A stretch of DNA of 64,000 nt from Clostridia bacterium (lineage in GTDB: Bacteria; Bacillota; Clostridia; UBA1212). Numbering within the stretch: the first letter of the stretch is position 1; each line of letters opens with the position of its first letter. Both the position numbers and the translations under genes were made by a program. The DNA lies in assembly GCA_017625675.1 (NCBI GenBank), contig JAGAKK010000026.1, forward strand, positions 32,469 through 96,468. The letters are read 5' to 3'. Positions 50,320-60,071 of the stretch are shown in pieces. A model generated the notes under the pieces. The model did not search any database, had not been told where the DNA came from, and saw nothing but the letters and a program-made list of their open reading frames with translations.

Positions 50320-51168
50320 TTACGACACCGCAAAATATCCGTCAATGCCTTTTTTTATTGCCAGAGCCAACTTGCCCTGATACGTTTCGTCAATGAGCTG
50401 GGCTTCCTCTGCCTGATTTGAAAGAAAACCGCACTCTGCTACCACCGTGGTGACCTTGCAATTCTTTGTGATAATAATGTCCTCATTTTTCTTCAAGGCT
50501 TCCCTCTCGTTGTTGGGATCCACCGTATCGCGAAAGGCTTGCTGAATACTCATTGCCAACTTTTTGCTTGAAAGGGATTCCTTTGTGTAGAAGACCTGGG
50601 CACCTGAATACTTTTCGTCAGTAAATGCATTGAGATGTATACTTACCACAATATCTGCGCCGCTTTCGTCCATGACCTTCTTGCGTTTCAGAAGATCCTG
50701 TCTGCGTTTTTTTGTCATTGACGCATTTTCATCATCGTAGTTAAGCACATCCTCGGAACGAGTCATAATGACCTTGTAGCCTGCCTCCTCCAGAAGAGCC
50801 TTAGTCTTTTCGGCAATAATAAGAGTAATATCCTTTTCCTTTGCGCCGCTGAAAGACGACACTGCTCCCGGATCTTCGCCGCCGTGGCCCGCATCAAGAA
50901 CTACCACTTTGCCTGCCCCTGTGTTATTTCCGCCTGAGCCCTGAGGCGCCTGAGACGGAGTCTCCTCGGGTGTCTCATTTTTATCGCCTACAGGTCTGTT
51001 CACTTCAATTATTTTATCCTCGCCCTCTTCATTTGCGGCAAGGGACGTAGAAGGCTTCCCTCCCACAAAAATATTTACCGTCAATATGGCCGCAACAAGC
51101 ACCACAATCACTATTCCCAGCATCACGCTGCTTTTTCTCAACAACAGTATCAAAAACGACACCCCCAT
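50320..51168 (-). CDS. N-acetylmuramoyl-L-alanine amidase (Amidase_3 family, CwlD-like), membrane-anchored
   Basis: 282 aa with an N-terminal TM, a Gly/Pro/Thr linker, then VLDAGHGGEDPGAV…SIHLNAF…GFLSN (Amidase_3 zinc ligands). Start codon uncertain. Confidence 0.8.
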   Translation of the reverse strand: MGVSFLILLLRKSSVMLGIVIVVLVAAILTVNIFVGGKPSTSLAANEEGEDKIIEVNRPVGDKNETPEETPSQAPQGSGGNNTGAGKVVVLDAGHGGEDPGAVSSFSGAKEKDITLIIAEKTKALLEEAGYKVIMTRSEDVLNYDDENASMTKKRRQDLLKRKKVMDESGADIVVSIHLNAFTDEKYSGAQVFYTKESLSSKKLAMSIQQAFRDTVDPNNEREALKKNEDIIITKNCKVTTVVAECGFLSNQAEEAQLIDETYQGKLALAIKKGIDGYFAVS

Positions 51169-51240
51169 AATTCGTACCTGTTAAAGGATATTATGGGGGC
51201 AATTAAATTATTACAAATTATTCTGACTTTTATTTTTAAA

Positions 51241-52137
51241 TCACATGCCGATAATGTCTTCCGTATTACCGCCAAGCTTTTTAATCATCGTGGCAATCAT
51301 ATAGAGTCTTTGGAAAGCCTCCTGATTTTCTCCTGCAGGGCCAAGCTGCTCCTTCATCTCCTTTGCCACAGAGCGGAGCATCGTCACTGCTCTGGGGTCT
51401 CCGTAGTCTGCAAACATTGACAAGGAAACAATTTTTTCGTCCCCGTCACTTATTTTTACGCATTTTCTCAGACAGCGATAAATATCGTCGCTCTTTTCGC
51501 CTGAATTGACAAGGCCTTGCATTATGGTCAGTTCCTTAAAACCTATGCTTTCCGCTTTTCCCAAGAAGGCCACAGCCTCCTCTGCTCCGAATGCCTCCAG
51601 AATACCGTCTGCCGCAAATTCGATTATCGCCTCATTGTCCTCAGGACATTCAGCAAATATCTGCCAGAGGGCAGTTCTGACTTTCTCACAAGCAAAGTAC
51701 TTAACGGTTTTAAGTGCAGAAACGATAACGTCCTGTTTTGCGGCTGCCTCAAGGTCTCCGTTGTAATATGACGAAGAAAGGCACTCTCTGTCGCTGAGGA
51801 TTTCAACGATATGGTCAACGCCCTTATCCCCTGCGTCCTTCAAAAGCGCGCATACACCTTCCGGAACAGGCCAATAACTGTCCCTTGCAAATGCATCATA
51901 GAGGGCAATGGCCGCCTCGGCGGTAATTTCTCCTCCGGCCGCTTCCGAGAAAAACTCTTTCGGTGTCTTTCCAAGCGCCTCGGATACCGTATTAAACCAG
52001 TCCTCCGGAAAATCCTTCTCTGCATTTTCCAGAACTGCCTTGTCTGCTCCGAACATTTCAAGTCGTCCGAAATATTCCTCCATAAACTGCGAATTAAGTT
52101 CAACTAATTTTTTTATTGCATTTTTCATCGCTGTCAT
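51241..52137 (-). CDS. hypothetical soluble protein (298 aa), acidic, helical-repeat-like
   Basis: Long ORF with no TM or signal and no motif I recognise. Operonic spacing with the downstream membrane protein. Confidence 0.5.
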   Translation of the reverse strand: MTAMKNAIKKLVELNSQFMEEYFGRLEMFGADKAVLENAEKDFPEDWFNTVSEALGKTPKEFFSEAAGGEITAEAAIALYDAFARDSYWPVPEGVCALLKDAGDKGVDHIVEILSDRECLSSSYYNGDLEAAAKQDVIVSALKTVKYFACEKVRTALWQIFAECPEDNEAIIEFAADGILEAFGAEEAVAFLGKAESIGFKELTIMQGLVNSGEKSDDIYRCLRKCVKISDGDEKIVSLSMFADYGDPRAVTMLRSVAKEMKEQLGPAGENQEAFQRLYMIATMIKKLGGNTEDIIGM

Positions 52138-52147
52138 TTACTGCCTT

Positions 52148-52738
52148 TCATTTTTTTCTTTTGAGATGAATTCCTAAGTTAAGGGTTATCCCCGACAAGC
52201 CCATCCAATACCCCAGACCTGCAAAAAGGGATATAAAAGGAATTATTATTAGGGCGGTGAGATGTGTCACCTGAGGAATTATTACTCCGCCGTCCTTAAA
52301 AAGAGAGTACAACCAGAACAACGGCACGTAAAGAATCATTCTGATATATGAGTTTATGCTTCCGATATCAAATTGAGGATGCTGAACAATAAAAGCTTCA
52401 TTTGCAACAGCAATCACAACGTATTGAAGAAGCACCACCATAACGCCTGCCAAAGCGCCCAGAACGAAGCCCTTGCCTCTGTACTTTGCCCACTTATAAG
52501 GACGTCTGTCTTTTACGCCAAGGTCGTTTGACTGTGCCAGAAGAAGCAAAATATATATTATCGTAGCAAATATTGAATATATTGACATAGGAACGTCAAT
52601 GGTCATATACCTTGCCCCGATAAGTATAAGAAGAGGATATGCCGCCCAGCCGAGGCACACCGCCAATATATGGCAATAAAACATCTTCAGTATTCCCTTG
52701 CCGTGATCCTTTAAGGAATCCCTTGTAAATTCATTCAT
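52148..52738 (-). CDS. hypothetical integral membrane protein (196 aa, ~5 TM)
   Basis: Hydrophobic helices throughout and a basic C-terminus. 10-nt gap to the next gene. Confidence 0.5.
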   Translation of the reverse strand: MNEFTRDSLKDHGKGILKMFYCHILAVCLGWAAYPLLILIGARYMTIDVPMSIYSIFATIIYILLLLAQSNDLGVKDRRPYKWAKYRGKGFVLGALAGVMVVLLQYVVIAVANEAFIVQHPQFDIGSINSYIRMILYVPLFWLYSLFKDGGVIIPQVTHLTALIIIPFISLFAGLGYWMGLSGITLNLGIHLKRKK

Positions 52739-52755
52739 TCAGATACCTTTTTAAC

Positions 52756-53994
52756 TTAACCTTTCATAATATTGACATAGCTTGCCGCCGCAACCCCGTT
52801 TGGCACAATGGATTCACCGGTTACTACCGTCATCTTCAGCTCATATTCATTTTTGGCAAAGCGCGTAGCATATTTCGTGTACTCCGTAAGCTTTCCCATA
52901 CTGTTGAGACTGTGGAAAATGTATTTCGAGGTAAGGTCCATAAGTTCAGGAAACCTCGCCACATTCTCAAGGGTAACCACCTGCTTTGCAAAGTCCCTCA
53001 TAAATCCAAGCTGATTTGCTTTACGGTAAGGGTCTCCGCTGGAGCTGATCTGTCCGTTAGGGCCGAAGCGTCCTCTTCGTAGCACGTAATGGTACGCCTC
53101 CCTGCCATTCATAAAATGGTAGCCTTTTTTGTAAATTATCTTCCCGACCTCATCACCGGAGGCAGAATACCAGTCCTCATTAACGTATACGTTAAGGCCT
53201 CCGAACAGGTCAATCACCTCAATAAAAGCGCTTTCGTCAATGTACATATAGTCGTGTATCACTACGTTTGCCTTGGCAAACATTGACTCAATTACACTGC
53301 ACAGAAAGTCGATACCTGCATTTCCGAATTTTCCGCCGGAGTATTTCACCATTCTTCCTATGTGAAGGCAGGCATTTATTTTATATATTCCCAAAGACTC
53401 TCCGTTTCTTTTGATAACGTCCTTTATCTCCTGAGAATAAGGCACGTAGGCATCTCTTGCAATGGAGAGAACCTGCACCTGATTCGTACGGTCGCAAATG
53501 CTTATTATCATTATCGTATCAGAAAGCCCCGTAGCCTCGTCAATACCCAGAAGCAAAACGTTTCTCGCATCTTTTTCAAGGCTTATCTGGGAGCCATTGG
53601 CTTTCTTTACCCCTTGCACGATTGGGTCCGGAACGTAAGGCAACGAAGAAGAATCATCATTGGGCTTTGATGCAGAATCGGAAGGGTCCACGACAGATGG
53701 CGTCGCAGGAGGCTCTGTAGGCGCTTCTGTAGCAGGGGGTTCGGAAGGCATCACAGGCGTTTCCGTAGGTGCAGCAGTCGGTGCTTCTGTGGTGTCAAGC
53801 TCCCCAAGATCTATAACCGGCTTATCAACGTCAATAAGAGGCTCGCCCAGATACTCCTCGGGCAATTTATTCCCTATAAATCCCGCAAGAGGGCCAAGCA
53901 TAAAAACATATATAATTGTGAAGAAAATTATAAATACATTTACAAAACCGCGAAGAAATCCGTTTCCGCCACGATTTTTACCCTTTCTGCTCAC
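52756..53994 (-). CDS. LCP family (LytR-CpsA-Psr) cell-envelope phosphotransferase
   Basis: 412 aa with an N-terminal TM, a Pro/Thr/Glu/Ala-rich linker, then the LCP core (LLLGIDEATGLSDTIMIISICDR…VLSIARDAYV). Confidence 0.8.
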   Translation of the reverse strand: MSRKGKNRGGNGFLRGFVNVFIIFFTIIYVFMLGPLAGFIGNKLPEEYLGEPLIDVDKPVIDLGELDTTEAPTAAPTETPVMPSEPPATEAPTEPPATPSVVDPSDSASKPNDDSSSLPYVPDPIVQGVKKANGSQISLEKDARNVLLLGIDEATGLSDTIMIISICDRTNQVQVLSIARDAYVPYSQEIKDVIKRNGESLGIYKINACLHIGRMVKYSGGKFGNAGIDFLCSVIESMFAKANVVIHDYMYIDESAFIEVIDLFGGLNVYVNEDWYSASGDEVGKIIYKKGYHFMNGREAYHYVLRRGRFGPNGQISSSGDPYRKANQLGFMRDFAKQVVTLENVARFPELMDLTSKYIFHSLNSMGKLTEYTKYATRFAKNEYELKMTVVTGESIVPNGVAAASYVNIMKG

Positions 53995-54018
53995 CGTACT
54001 TACCTTCTTTCTGCAACC

Positions 54019-54492
54019 TCACTCACGAAAACTTTCTTTCAGTCTTCTGTCAATTTCCCTTGCCGTATCCTTTGCCGCAATGGAGTCTCTCTTGTCGTAA
54101 AGCTTTTTACCTCTGGCAACGCCCAGAAGAAGCTTCACCCTTCCTTTTGAAAAATAAAGCTCCAACGGCACCAGGGTCAATCCTTTTTGCTTTACAAAGC
54201 CAAGCAGCCTGTTTATCTCCGATTTGCGGAGCAACAATTTTCTGTCCCGCAAAGGGTCTTTGTTAAAAATATTACCCTGCTCATAGGGGCTGATGTGCAT
54301 TCCGCAGAGAAAACACTCGCCGTTTCTTATTTCAGCGTACGAGTCTCTGAAATTCACCGCGCCTTTCCTCAAGGACTTTACCTCTGTTCCTGCCAGAACG
54401 ATTCCGCACTCTATTTTGTCATCAATAAAATACTCGTGGTACGCCTTTCTGTTCTGGGCTATAATTTTTATATTGTCACCGGCTCCTGCCAT
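54019..54492 (-). CDS. smpB: SsrA-binding protein
   Basis: About 157 aa from an ATG with a GAGAGGAA RBS ([23 protein letters not shown]…). SmpB motifs [13 protein letters not shown] and C-terminal …KRDSIAAKD. Confidence 0.9.
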   Translation of the reverse strand: MAGAGDNIKIIAQNRKAYHEYFIDDKIECGIVLAGTEVKSLRKGAVNFRDSYAEIRNGECFLCGMHISPYEQGNIFNKDPLRDRKLLLRKSEINRLLGFVKQKGLTLVPLELYFSKGRVKLLLGVARGKKLYDKRDSIAAKDTAREIDRRLKESFRE

Positions 54493-54625
54493 ATTATTTC
54501 CTCTCTCATCGGCGGCAATCACCCGCCGTTAATGTTTTTTCACTTTTCCCTACAATTTTATCACTTCGTGTAAATAAAGGCAAGAGCCCTGCAGCATTAT
54601 CACTGCAGAGCCCCTTTAAATTCAA

Positions 54626-56209
54626 TTACTTTGCGCTGTCTACGATTCTGGTCTCCCTGATCATCGTTACTTTGATCTGACCGGGATACTCCATCTCGCT
54701 CTCGATCTTCTTTACGATGTCACGTGCAAGCAACGTCATATCGTCGTCTGACACCTTCTCAGGTGTAACCATAATACGAACTTCTCTTCCGGCCTGAATA
54801 GCAAACGTCTTTTCAACGCCGTCAAAGGAATTTGCAATCTCTTCCAATTTCTCAAGTCTCTTAATATATGACTCAAGTGTTTCTCTTCTCGCACCGGGTC
54901 TTGCCGCTGAAATAGCGTCTGCCGCCTGTACCAGAACTGAGATAATGGATGTAGGCTCAACGTCTCCGTGGTGTGACTGTATCGCATTAATTACATCCGC
55001 ATTTTCTTTGTACTTCTTAGCAAGCTCAGCGCCAATCTCAATGTGTGAACCCTCCATCTCGAAGTCCACAGCTTTTCCGATATCATGCACCAGACCTGCA
55101 CGCTTTGCAAGATTAACGTCAAGGCCAAGCTCTGCAGCCATAATACCTGCAAGTCTTGAAACCTCAATTGAGTGAATAAGAACGCTCTGACCGTAACTTG
55201 TCCTGTATTTAAGTCTTCCCAAGAGCTTGATGATCTCAGGATGCAAACCGTAAACACCGGTCTCGTAAGTGGCATTTTCGCCTTCTTTACGAATTACGCT
55301 GTCAACCTCTTTCTTCGCCTTCTCCACCATCTCCTCAATTCTGGCAGGATGGATACGGCCGTCAACGATAAGCTTCTCAAGAGCAATTCTGGCAACCTCT
55401 CTTCTGATAGGATGGAAACCGGAAAGAATTACTGCCTCAGGTGTATCGTCTATGATAAGGTCAATACCTGTAAGTGTTTCAAGGGCCTTAATATTTCTTC
55501 CTTCACGTCCGATAATTCTACCCTTCATGTCGTCGTTAGGCAACGGCACAACGGACACGGTCATTTCGGACACGTAGTCTGCAGCGCACTTCTGAATAGC
55601 GCTTGCAATAACTTCTTTTGCTTTATTCGCAGACTCGTACTTAAGCTGAGCCTCATACTCTTTCATAAGCGCAACAGTCTCATGGCGAATATCATTTTCT
55701 ACGTTTGCCAACAAGATATTTTTAGCTTCTTCGCGGCTGAGTCCGGAGATACGCTCCAGCTCGCTTAACTGGCGAGCCGCAGATTCCTTAGCATCATTTA
55801 AGTAGTTCTCTGCTTCGTCCTCTTTCGCCTTGATGCCGTTTTCACGAACCTCAATAGCTTCTAACTTCTTGTCAAGGCTTTCTTCTTTCTGAATCAAACG
55901 GCGCTCACTGCGTTGTAATTCAGCGCGCCTGTCCTTAATTTCCTTTTCAAGCTCAATTCTGCTTTTATGGATTTCCTCTTTCGCTGCCAATAGAAACTCA
56001 CGCTTTTTGCGTTCGCCTTCCTTGGTCGCTTCACCAATAATTCGCTTACCTTCCGCTTCAGCGCTTCCGAAAATCGCTTCTGCTTCTTGTTTTCTGAGTT
56101 CATAACCTGCCTTATGAGCTTTCTTCGCTGATACTTTCCAACAAATAATGCCCACTGCAGCGGAAATTAAGGGGATAAGAATCAATAAAACAATGGATAA
56201 CGGATCCAT
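54626..56209 (-). CDS. rny: ribonuclease Y
   Basis: 527 aa with an N-terminal TM, a coiled-coil, a KH domain and an HD domain (…HSIEVS…VHDIGK…). Confidence 0.9.
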   Translation of the reverse strand: MDPLSIVLLILIPLISAAVGIICWKVSAKKAHKAGYELRKQEAEAIFGSAEAEGKRIIGEATKEGERKKREFLLAAKEEIHKSRIELEKEIKDRRAELQRSERRLIQKEESLDKKLEAIEVRENGIKAKEDEAENYLNDAKESAARQLSELERISGLSREEAKNILLANVENDIRHETVALMKEYEAQLKYESANKAKEVIASAIQKCAADYVSEMTVSVVPLPNDDMKGRIIGREGRNIKALETLTGIDLIIDDTPEAVILSGFHPIRREVARIALEKLIVDGRIHPARIEEMVEKAKKEVDSVIRKEGENATYETGVYGLHPEIIKLLGRLKYRTSYGQSVLIHSIEVSRLAGIMAAELGLDVNLAKRAGLVHDIGKAVDFEMEGSHIEIGAELAKKYKENADVINAIQSHHGDVEPTSIISVLVQAADAISAARPGARRETLESYIKRLEKLEEIANSFDGVEKTFAIQAGREVRIMVTPEKVSDDDMTLLARDIVKKIESEMEYPGQIKVTMIRETRIVDSAK

Positions 56210-56376
56210 TATAAATCTCCCCTTTCAAAGTAATATTTAATTTTCAACGTGCTCATTTATGATTTAAGTGATTTAAACATATAAATGAAGTCCAAACTAA
56301 CACCTCCTTATTATACAAAATCACAACTTATTTGTCAATTATGATTTAACTGTTTTTTTTACGTGCTAACAAGGGC

Positions 56377-56457
56377 GCACCAGGGGGACAGACAACCGGT
56401 GCAAAAATCGCTTTCCCGAAAAATGCACCGGTTGTCTGTCCCCCTGGTGCATCCCCG
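56377..56457. repeat. large perfect palindrome (family 1), copy 2
   Basis: GCACCAGGGGGACAGACAACCGGTGCA-20 nt-TGCACCGGTTGTCTGTCCCCCTGGTGC then ATCCCC. The arms are identical to copy 1 and the loop differs. It lies in the divergent rny/cdsB-like intergenic region. Confidence 0.8.
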
Positions 56458-56546
56458 TGCAGGCCCGGTAAAAAAAGGTGTGCATTATGGAAAAATGTAT
56501 GATATACTGTCAGCAGCGTACATCTTTTTCGGAGGAACACATCATT

Positions 56547-57821
56547 ATGACGAACATATACCAGCAATACATACGCATTCTGGAAGAAGAACTCATTCCT
56601 GCAATGGGGTGCACTGAGCCTATTGCCATCGCCTACGGAGCAGCCTATGCAAGAGCGCTTTTAGGGGAAATTCCTGAAAAAACACACATTATCGTCAGCG
56701 GAAATCTTGTAAAAAACGCCAAGAGCGTTACCGTGCCGAACACCGGAGGACTTCGCGGAATTGAAGCATCTGTAGCGGCGGGCATTATTGCAGGAAAACC
56801 TGAAAAACTTCTGGAGGTTATTGCGGACGTTACCTCCTCCGACATTGAAAAAATATGTGAATACCTTGAAAAAGACGTTATCGAGGTGGAACTTGGAGAA
56901 AGTCCGTTGGCCTTTGATTACACCATTACCGCCGGAAGCGGAGATAACAAGGTTCTTATCCGGGTTGCCAATGCTCACACGAATATCGTACGCTGCGAGA
57001 AAAACGGAGAAATTCTTATAAATATACCTGTTGAAGACGAAAAATGCACGGGGCTTTGCGACCACAGCTGTCTCTCCATTGAGAATATTGTAAAATTTGC
57101 AGAAGAAATTGATGTAGAGCTTGTCGCTCCCTTGCTGGAGCGCCAGATTGAGTACAATACCGCCATTGCGGAAGAAGGACTCTCAGGTAACTGGGGTGCT
57201 TGCATCGGCCGCACCATAATTGACTGTTGCGGAAACGACGTTGTAAACAGAGCAAAGGCACGGGCCGCGGCAGGAAGCGACGCCAGAATGAACGGCTGTT
57301 CCTTGCCTGTGGTAATATTATCGGGCAGCGGAAATCAGGGCATTACCGCCAGCGTACCGGTTGTTACTTATGCAGAACATTTAAACGCCTCAAGGGAAAA
57401 GCTTTTACGAGCCCTTCTCATTGCAGACCTTACAGCCATACATTTAAAAACTGACATCGGCCGTCTTTCGGCTTTTTGCGGCGTAGTATGCGCAGGCGCA
57501 GGGGCAGGAGCAGGAATTTGCTATCTTGAAGGTGGCAGCTTTAAGGAAATTGCCCACACCGTGGTTAACACCCTTGCCATCTCCAGCGGAATTATCTGCG
57601 ACGGTGCCAAGGCCTCTTGCGCAGGAAAGATTGCCCTTTCGGTAGAAGCAGGCATTCTCGGTTGGAATATGTACAAATCCGGAAATCAATTTTACGGCGG
57701 TGACGGAATTATCACAAAAGGTGTTGAAAAGACCATAAAAAACGTAGGCCGACTGGGACATTACGGCATGAAAACCACCGACCGGGAAATCTTAGAAATA
57801 ATGCTTGAAATAGAAAATTAA
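56547..57821 (+). CDS. L-cysteine desulfidase family protein (UPF0597/CdsB-like)
   Basis: About 424 aa from an ATG with a GGAGGAA RBS (MTNIYQQYIRILEEELIPAMGCTEPIAIAYG…). Conserved Cys-containing motifs of the serine dehydratase-like UPF0597 family. The ORF-track start lies inside the repeat. Confidence 0.75.
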   Translation: MTNIYQQYIRILEEELIPAMGCTEPIAIAYGAAYARALLGEIPEKTHIIVSGNLVKNAKSVTVPNTGGLRGIEASVAAGIIAGKPEKLLEVIADVTSSDIEKICEYLEKDVIEVELGESPLAFDYTITAGSGDNKVLIRVANAHTNIVRCEKNGEILINIPVEDEKCTGLCDHSCLSIENIVKFAEEIDVELVAPLLERQIEYNTAIAEEGLSGNWGACIGRTIIDCCGNDVVNRAKARAAAGSDARMNGCSLPVVILSGSGNQGITASVPVVTYAEHLNASREKLLRALLIADLTAIHLKTDIGRLSAFCGVVCAGAGAGAGICYLEGGSFKEIAHTVVNTLAISSGIICDGAKASCAGKIALSVEAGILGWNMYKSGNQFYGGDGIITKGVEKTIKNVGRLGHYGMKTTDREILEIMLEIEN

Positions 57822-57861
57822 ATTTACTTATTTAACAAACCTATAAAAGTTAACAAACCTA

Positions 57862-57929
57862 CAAAAAATCACCCGATACACGTCCTTTTAAAATTCCAAA
57901 GGATCTGCATCGGGTCTTTTTATTTTTGT
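57862..57929. terminator. bidirectional terminator between cdsB-like and acyl-CoA ligase genes
   Basis: CACCCGAUACACGUCC…GGAUCUGCAUCGGGUC imperfect stem, with UCUUUUUAUUUUUG on the plus strand and A-runs preceding on the minus strand. Confidence 0.5.
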
Positions 57930-57935
57930 ATCTAT

Positions 57936-59690
57936 TTACGTCTTATTATGCTGCGCCCCGGCACACGCTTCTTTTTCAAGCTCTCTGTATGCCACCTTGC
58001 CCACCAAGGTCTTCGGAAGCTCAGTCCTGAATTCTATCTCCTTCGGCATTGCATATCTTGCAATATATTTGCGGCAATACCCCAAAATCTCCTCCCGCAC
58101 CTCATCAGAGGGCTCAAAACCGGGCTTCAACACCACAAATGCCTTTATTCTCTGCATTTTATAGGCATCCGGCACCCCGATAACACAGCTGAGCATCACT
58201 TTTTCATGGGCATCAATAACGTTTTCAAGCTGCGACGGATACACGTTGTAGCCTGCGGTAATTATCACCCGCTTGATTCTTTGTTTAAAATATACGAACC
58301 CATCCTTGTCAATAACGCCAAGGTCACCTGTATGAAGCCAGAGGTTGCCGTCATCGTGAACTTTAAGAACTTTGGCCGTTTCCTCCGGAGAATCAAGGTA
58401 TCCTTTCATTACAGATGGCCCTCGCAGGCAAATTTCGCCCTCCTCTCCACAAGGAAGATGCTCCGTAGAATCCACCTTACATATCGCATAATAAGTGTCC
58501 GGAAAAGGCAGGCCGATACTTCCCTCTCTGCTGTATTCCGGAGGGGTAAGGCAGCTTGCCGTCACACACTCAGTGGTGCCGTAGCCTTCACGTATCTGAA
58601 CTTCTGCATTGTGCTCCTTAAGGAATGCGTCAACCTTCTTTTTAAGCTCCACCGACAATGAATCCCCGCCGCAAAACACCCCTTTCAGAAATGAAAGGTC
58701 CGTTTTTTTCAAATTTTCAGCCCTCAGAAGCGCCTCAAAAATAGTGGGAACGCCTGGAATAAACTGAGGCTTCTTTTTTCTCAGGGTTTCTGCATAAGTT
58801 TTAAGTGAAAATTGTGGAAGCAAAATGCATTGCGCCCCGTAAACCAACGGCAGATGTATCCCTATTCCAAGGCCGAAGCCGTGAAACAAGGGCATTACCG
58901 AAAGCATTTTAAGACCCGAAATATCTTTTTCGCCGCTGGCCGCAAGGGTCTGCACCGCAAGGGCATTGACGTTAAGGTTTGAAAGCTCTATCCCCTTGCT
59001 TGTTCCCGTAGTTCCGCCGCTGTAAAGAATCACCGCCGTGTCACCCGGCTGTCCGGAATAACCGGGTGAAAACTTACTCTCGCACCGAATCCCTTTCCGG
59101 ATAAAATTTTTCCACGAAATAACGTTTTCGCCGTACTTAATTTCCGGAACTTTTTTACGATTAGCCATCCCAAACGCAATATTTTTCGGCAGAGGCAATT
59201 CGTCCTGAACCCTTGCCACAACAATCTTTATTAATTTTCCCGTCTTCTCCTCCAAAGCCTTCACAGCCGCCACAGTTTTTTCATAAAACGAATCCAAGGT
59301 AACCACGGCCTTGCTTCCGGATATTTCAAGGTAATACTGAATTTCAGCCTCTGCAGACAAGGGGTGTATCATGCCGGGCACCGCGCCGATCTTATTAAGC
59401 CCGTAAAAGCACGCAAGAGCCTGAGGAATATTCGGAAGCGCAACCGTAACCCTGTCACCCACTTCAATGCCAATAGCGACAAAAGCCCTTGAAGCCGCCT
59501 CAATTTTCCGCAAAAACTCCGCAAAAGTTATTTTCTTCCCCAAAAAATCAAGTGCCACACGGTCCTTATGCTTTTCACCGGCCTTCTCAACCATCTCCCA
59601 AAGGGTCTTCTCCGGATACTCCAAGTGAAATTCCGAGTTGCTATAATATTTTCGCCAACGGATACTCTCCGCATCATTTCTATCGGCCAT
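57936..59690 (-). CDS. AMP-dependent synthetase/ligase (long-chain acyl-CoA synthetase-like)
   Basis: 584 aa. AMP-binding motif YSGGTTGTSKG and a C-terminal GYGTTE…DGNLWLHTGD region. Confidence 0.85.
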   Translation of the reverse strand: MADRNDAESIRWRKYYSNSEFHLEYPEKTLWEMVEKAGEKHKDRVALDFLGKKITFAEFLRKIEAASRAFVAIGIEVGDRVTVALPNIPQALACFYGLNKIGAVPGMIHPLSAEAEIQYYLEISGSKAVVTLDSFYEKTVAAVKALEEKTGKLIKIVVARVQDELPLPKNIAFGMANRKKVPEIKYGENVISWKNFIRKGIRCESKFSPGYSGQPGDTAVILYSGGTTGTSKGIELSNLNVNALAVQTLAASGEKDISGLKMLSVMPLFHGFGLGIGIHLPLVYGAQCILLPQFSLKTYAETLRKKKPQFIPGVPTIFEALLRAENLKKTDLSFLKGVFCGGDSLSVELKKKVDAFLKEHNAEVQIREGYGTTECVTASCLTPPEYSREGSIGLPFPDTYYAICKVDSTEHLPCGEEGEICLRGPSVMKGYLDSPEETAKVLKVHDDGNLWLHTGDLGVIDKDGFVYFKQRIKRVIITAGYNVYPSQLENVIDAHEKVMLSCVIGVPDAYKMQRIKAFVVLKPGFEPSDEVREEILGYCRKYIARYAMPKEIEFRTELPKTLVGKVAYRELEKEACAGAQHNKT

Positions 59691-59777
59691 AACTCCCTGC
59701 TTTCTCCCAACAACTTCTCAACAAGCTATTTTTCACATTTTATTGTAATAATATTCTATTTCACCGTCAATGTCAAT

Positions 59778-59976
59778 GAACCGGTTCCCCACAGCTTCAG
59801 AAACCGGTTGAGCCACAGCGTCTGACGCTGTGGCTCACTGATCGTAGCAGTTTGGTGGCGCAAGGCACTTTTTTCTCCCCCTCAGAAGCGCCACCAAACT
59901 GCCACCGATTTTTCCCAAAACCCTTCCAGGAAAAGGGTTTTGGCCCCATGAGTCAGGGGGCAGGTCCCTGACTCAT
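59778..59976. repeat. modular intergenic hairpin repeat (family 3), copy 3, expanded
   Basis: Five consecutive hairpins: GAACCGGTT…AACCGGTT; GAGCCACAGCGTC-TGA-CGCTGTGGCTC; GCAGTTTGGTGGCGC-26 nt-GCGCCACCAAACTGC; AAAACCCTT-ccagg-AAAAGGGTTTT; CATGAGTCAGGG-GGCAGGT-CCCTGACTCAT. Confidence 0.75.
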
Positions 59977-60005
59977 TTTTGAAATAAACCAAGACTCAAA
60001 AAATA

Positions 60006-60033
60006 ATTGCAGAATTTCATTGTTGTGGTATAA
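60006..60033 (+). promoter_or_regulatory. sigma-70-type promoter for aspS-gatCAB
   Basis: TTGCAG, 16 nt, TGgTATAAT (extended -10), about 35 nt upstream of the GGAGGAAA RBS. Confidence 0.5.
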
Positions 60034-60071
60034 TGAATTGGTAATGATAAAAAAATTACGGAGGAAACAAT

